A DNA stretch of 64,000 nt, from contig NC_087438.1 of NCBI RefSeq assembly GCF_036321535.1, positions 23,560,001-23,624,000 of the forward strand, given 5' to 3'. This DNA comes from Camelus dromedarius. Lineage: Eukaryota. Shown here one piece after another: positions 62,715-64,000 of this stretch. Under the pieces are notes generated by a model. The model was not told where the DNA came from and did not search any database. It worked only from the letters and a program-made list of their open reading frames with translations. How positions within the stretch are numbered: the first letter of the stretch is position 1; the number at the start of each line of letters is the position of its first letter. Made by a program: the position numbers and the translations under genes.

Positions 62715-63100
62715 AGCCTACAGCATATTAGGTTATTCGAATATATTCTCCCCCTCTCCCTCCATTTCCAAGCGAGGAAACACCTCTCTGCTCTTTGACT
62801 TTGGGCTCGTCCGCGTGACTTATTTTGGTAAAAGGGATGTAAACAGACCCAGTGCAACCAAACATGTGAACTAAGCTTGCACAGTGGCGCTCAAGCCACT
62901 TCGGCACCTCTGCCGTTGCCCTGGAAAGAGTTTTTCCCCAAAGCTGCTGCCCCTCCCCGGCTCAGCCCCAGAAGGCTTATACACGGAGCAGACCTGAGCT
63001 CAGCCCGCAGGAGAGTCACACCCCACACACTCCCAGCCAACTTCCAGATGTGAAGGCAACAACAATTAACTGTTGTATTATGCCGGAGTTTTTACTTTCC
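62715..63100 (+). mobile_element. Old MLT1 (I/J/K-like) MaLR LTR
   Basis: gactttgggctcgtccgcgtgacttattttgg...cctctgccgttgccctggaaag...ggagcagacctgag...cccagccaacttccagatgtga...ctgttgtattatgcc. Confidence 0.6.
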
Positions 63101-64000
63101 TCCTCAGACTGACAGGTCCTGGGAAATCACTCTGGAAACCATTTTGAGAAAATATTTGCAATGCAATTCATAAGTGCAAAGAATGTTTTGGCCAGAAGGA
63201 GGAACTGAGGCAGTGGGGTTGGGGAGGGGGGTGGTATCCGGATGGCTTGGAAATTTCAAATTACACATACCTGACTGGCTCGACATCCCCACTCCTCCAA
63301 ATCCTGTGAGCTTTACCTCACTCCTGTGAATAACGAGGGGAGGGGACAGGACCCTGCATTCTGAAAAGTCATATTAAGAACACATAATTAAGAAATATAT
63401 GTAAGTCAATGGGAATCGGCTCAGCAAAGATGAGATTCATATCATCAAAGGGCACTTCATCTCCCACCCCATCCAAACAAAACTAGGGCCAGTGTACTTA
63501 CCAGAGCAAGTGTTATGAAGCCTGTAACTTACTGTAAACTATTTCAGTCTAGTTAGTGTGATATTGTGTATGCACCAATGAGTTCAAGTTTAAATTCCAA
63601 GACTGGCCAAGCTAACAATATGCTTGATGTGCAGCCCGAGGGTGGTCAGCTTGCATTAAAATAAAAAGAGCCACATTCCCTGAGTGGCTCCCACTAATCC
63701 TACCCTTTGGGTCACCATCAACAGTCTATACCTTGCTAATTACCACAGTGTATATATAAAAAAAAAAATTATTGGTGAACTTAGGGTCTTGTTAATTAGC
63801 ACAATGAGTATTATTAGAAATGTCATCTCACTGAAGAAATGAAAGATATTGAAAATGTATAAACTGCTAAGATAGTTGAGCAACCCTCTCTGCTCTTACA
63901 TGAGCAAAGTATGAGACTCCAGCAAGATCAGAAACATGTACAAGGCATGTGGGGCTTAATCCTCCGTCAGATCCACACCCAGTGATGGGATTAGGAGGAT

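Larger units (their letters stand above)
19968..64000 (-). other. ADAMTS12: ADAMTS12 intron upstream of the exon (intron-2 equivalent, partial)
   Basis: Ends at the AG acceptor at 19968. No upstream ADAMTS exon was recognised. Human intron 2 is recalled as over 100 kb. Confidence 0.8.

Noticed and set aside
1-64000. Prokaryotic-type systems (CRISPR arrays, operons, defence islands), rRNA or NUMT
   Set aside because: The sequence is mammalian intron; I saw no regularly spaced direct repeats, no dense coding and no rRNA- or mitochondrial-like segments.

Overview
Mammalian nuclear DNA, most likely a camelid (alpaca/camel lineage). The lineage call rests on two tRNA-Ala-derived SINEs of the Vic-1 type and artiodactyl-type L1 3' UTRs; I saw no Alu, Bov-A/BovB, PRE-1 or Can-SINE. 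The window lies inside ADAMTS12 on the minus strand. It holds one coding exon: 151 nt at 19817-19967, the exon-3 equivalent, encoding prodomain sequence with the PTCGLK cysteine switch. Everything else is intron, densely filled with L1, L2, L3/CR1, MIR, MaLR/ERV LTRs, hAT/Tigger DNA transposons and microsatellites. The other ORFs in the track look spurious or repeat-derived. I found no new multi-gene system. The most interesting signals cluster around the single exon: (1) a weak donor followed by an in-frame intronic tail matching the human prodomain-only isoform, but interrupted here by an early stop; (2) a sense-oriented L1 fragment whose target-site duplication (TSD) overlaps the predicted branch point; (3) inverted L1 copies flanking the exon. 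There are also several unusual retrotransposition structures. At least some N-runs look like base-for-base masking rather than assembly gaps. Repeat subfamily names and human comparisons are recalled from memory, not looked up. Repeat boundaries are approximate unless a TSD is quoted.
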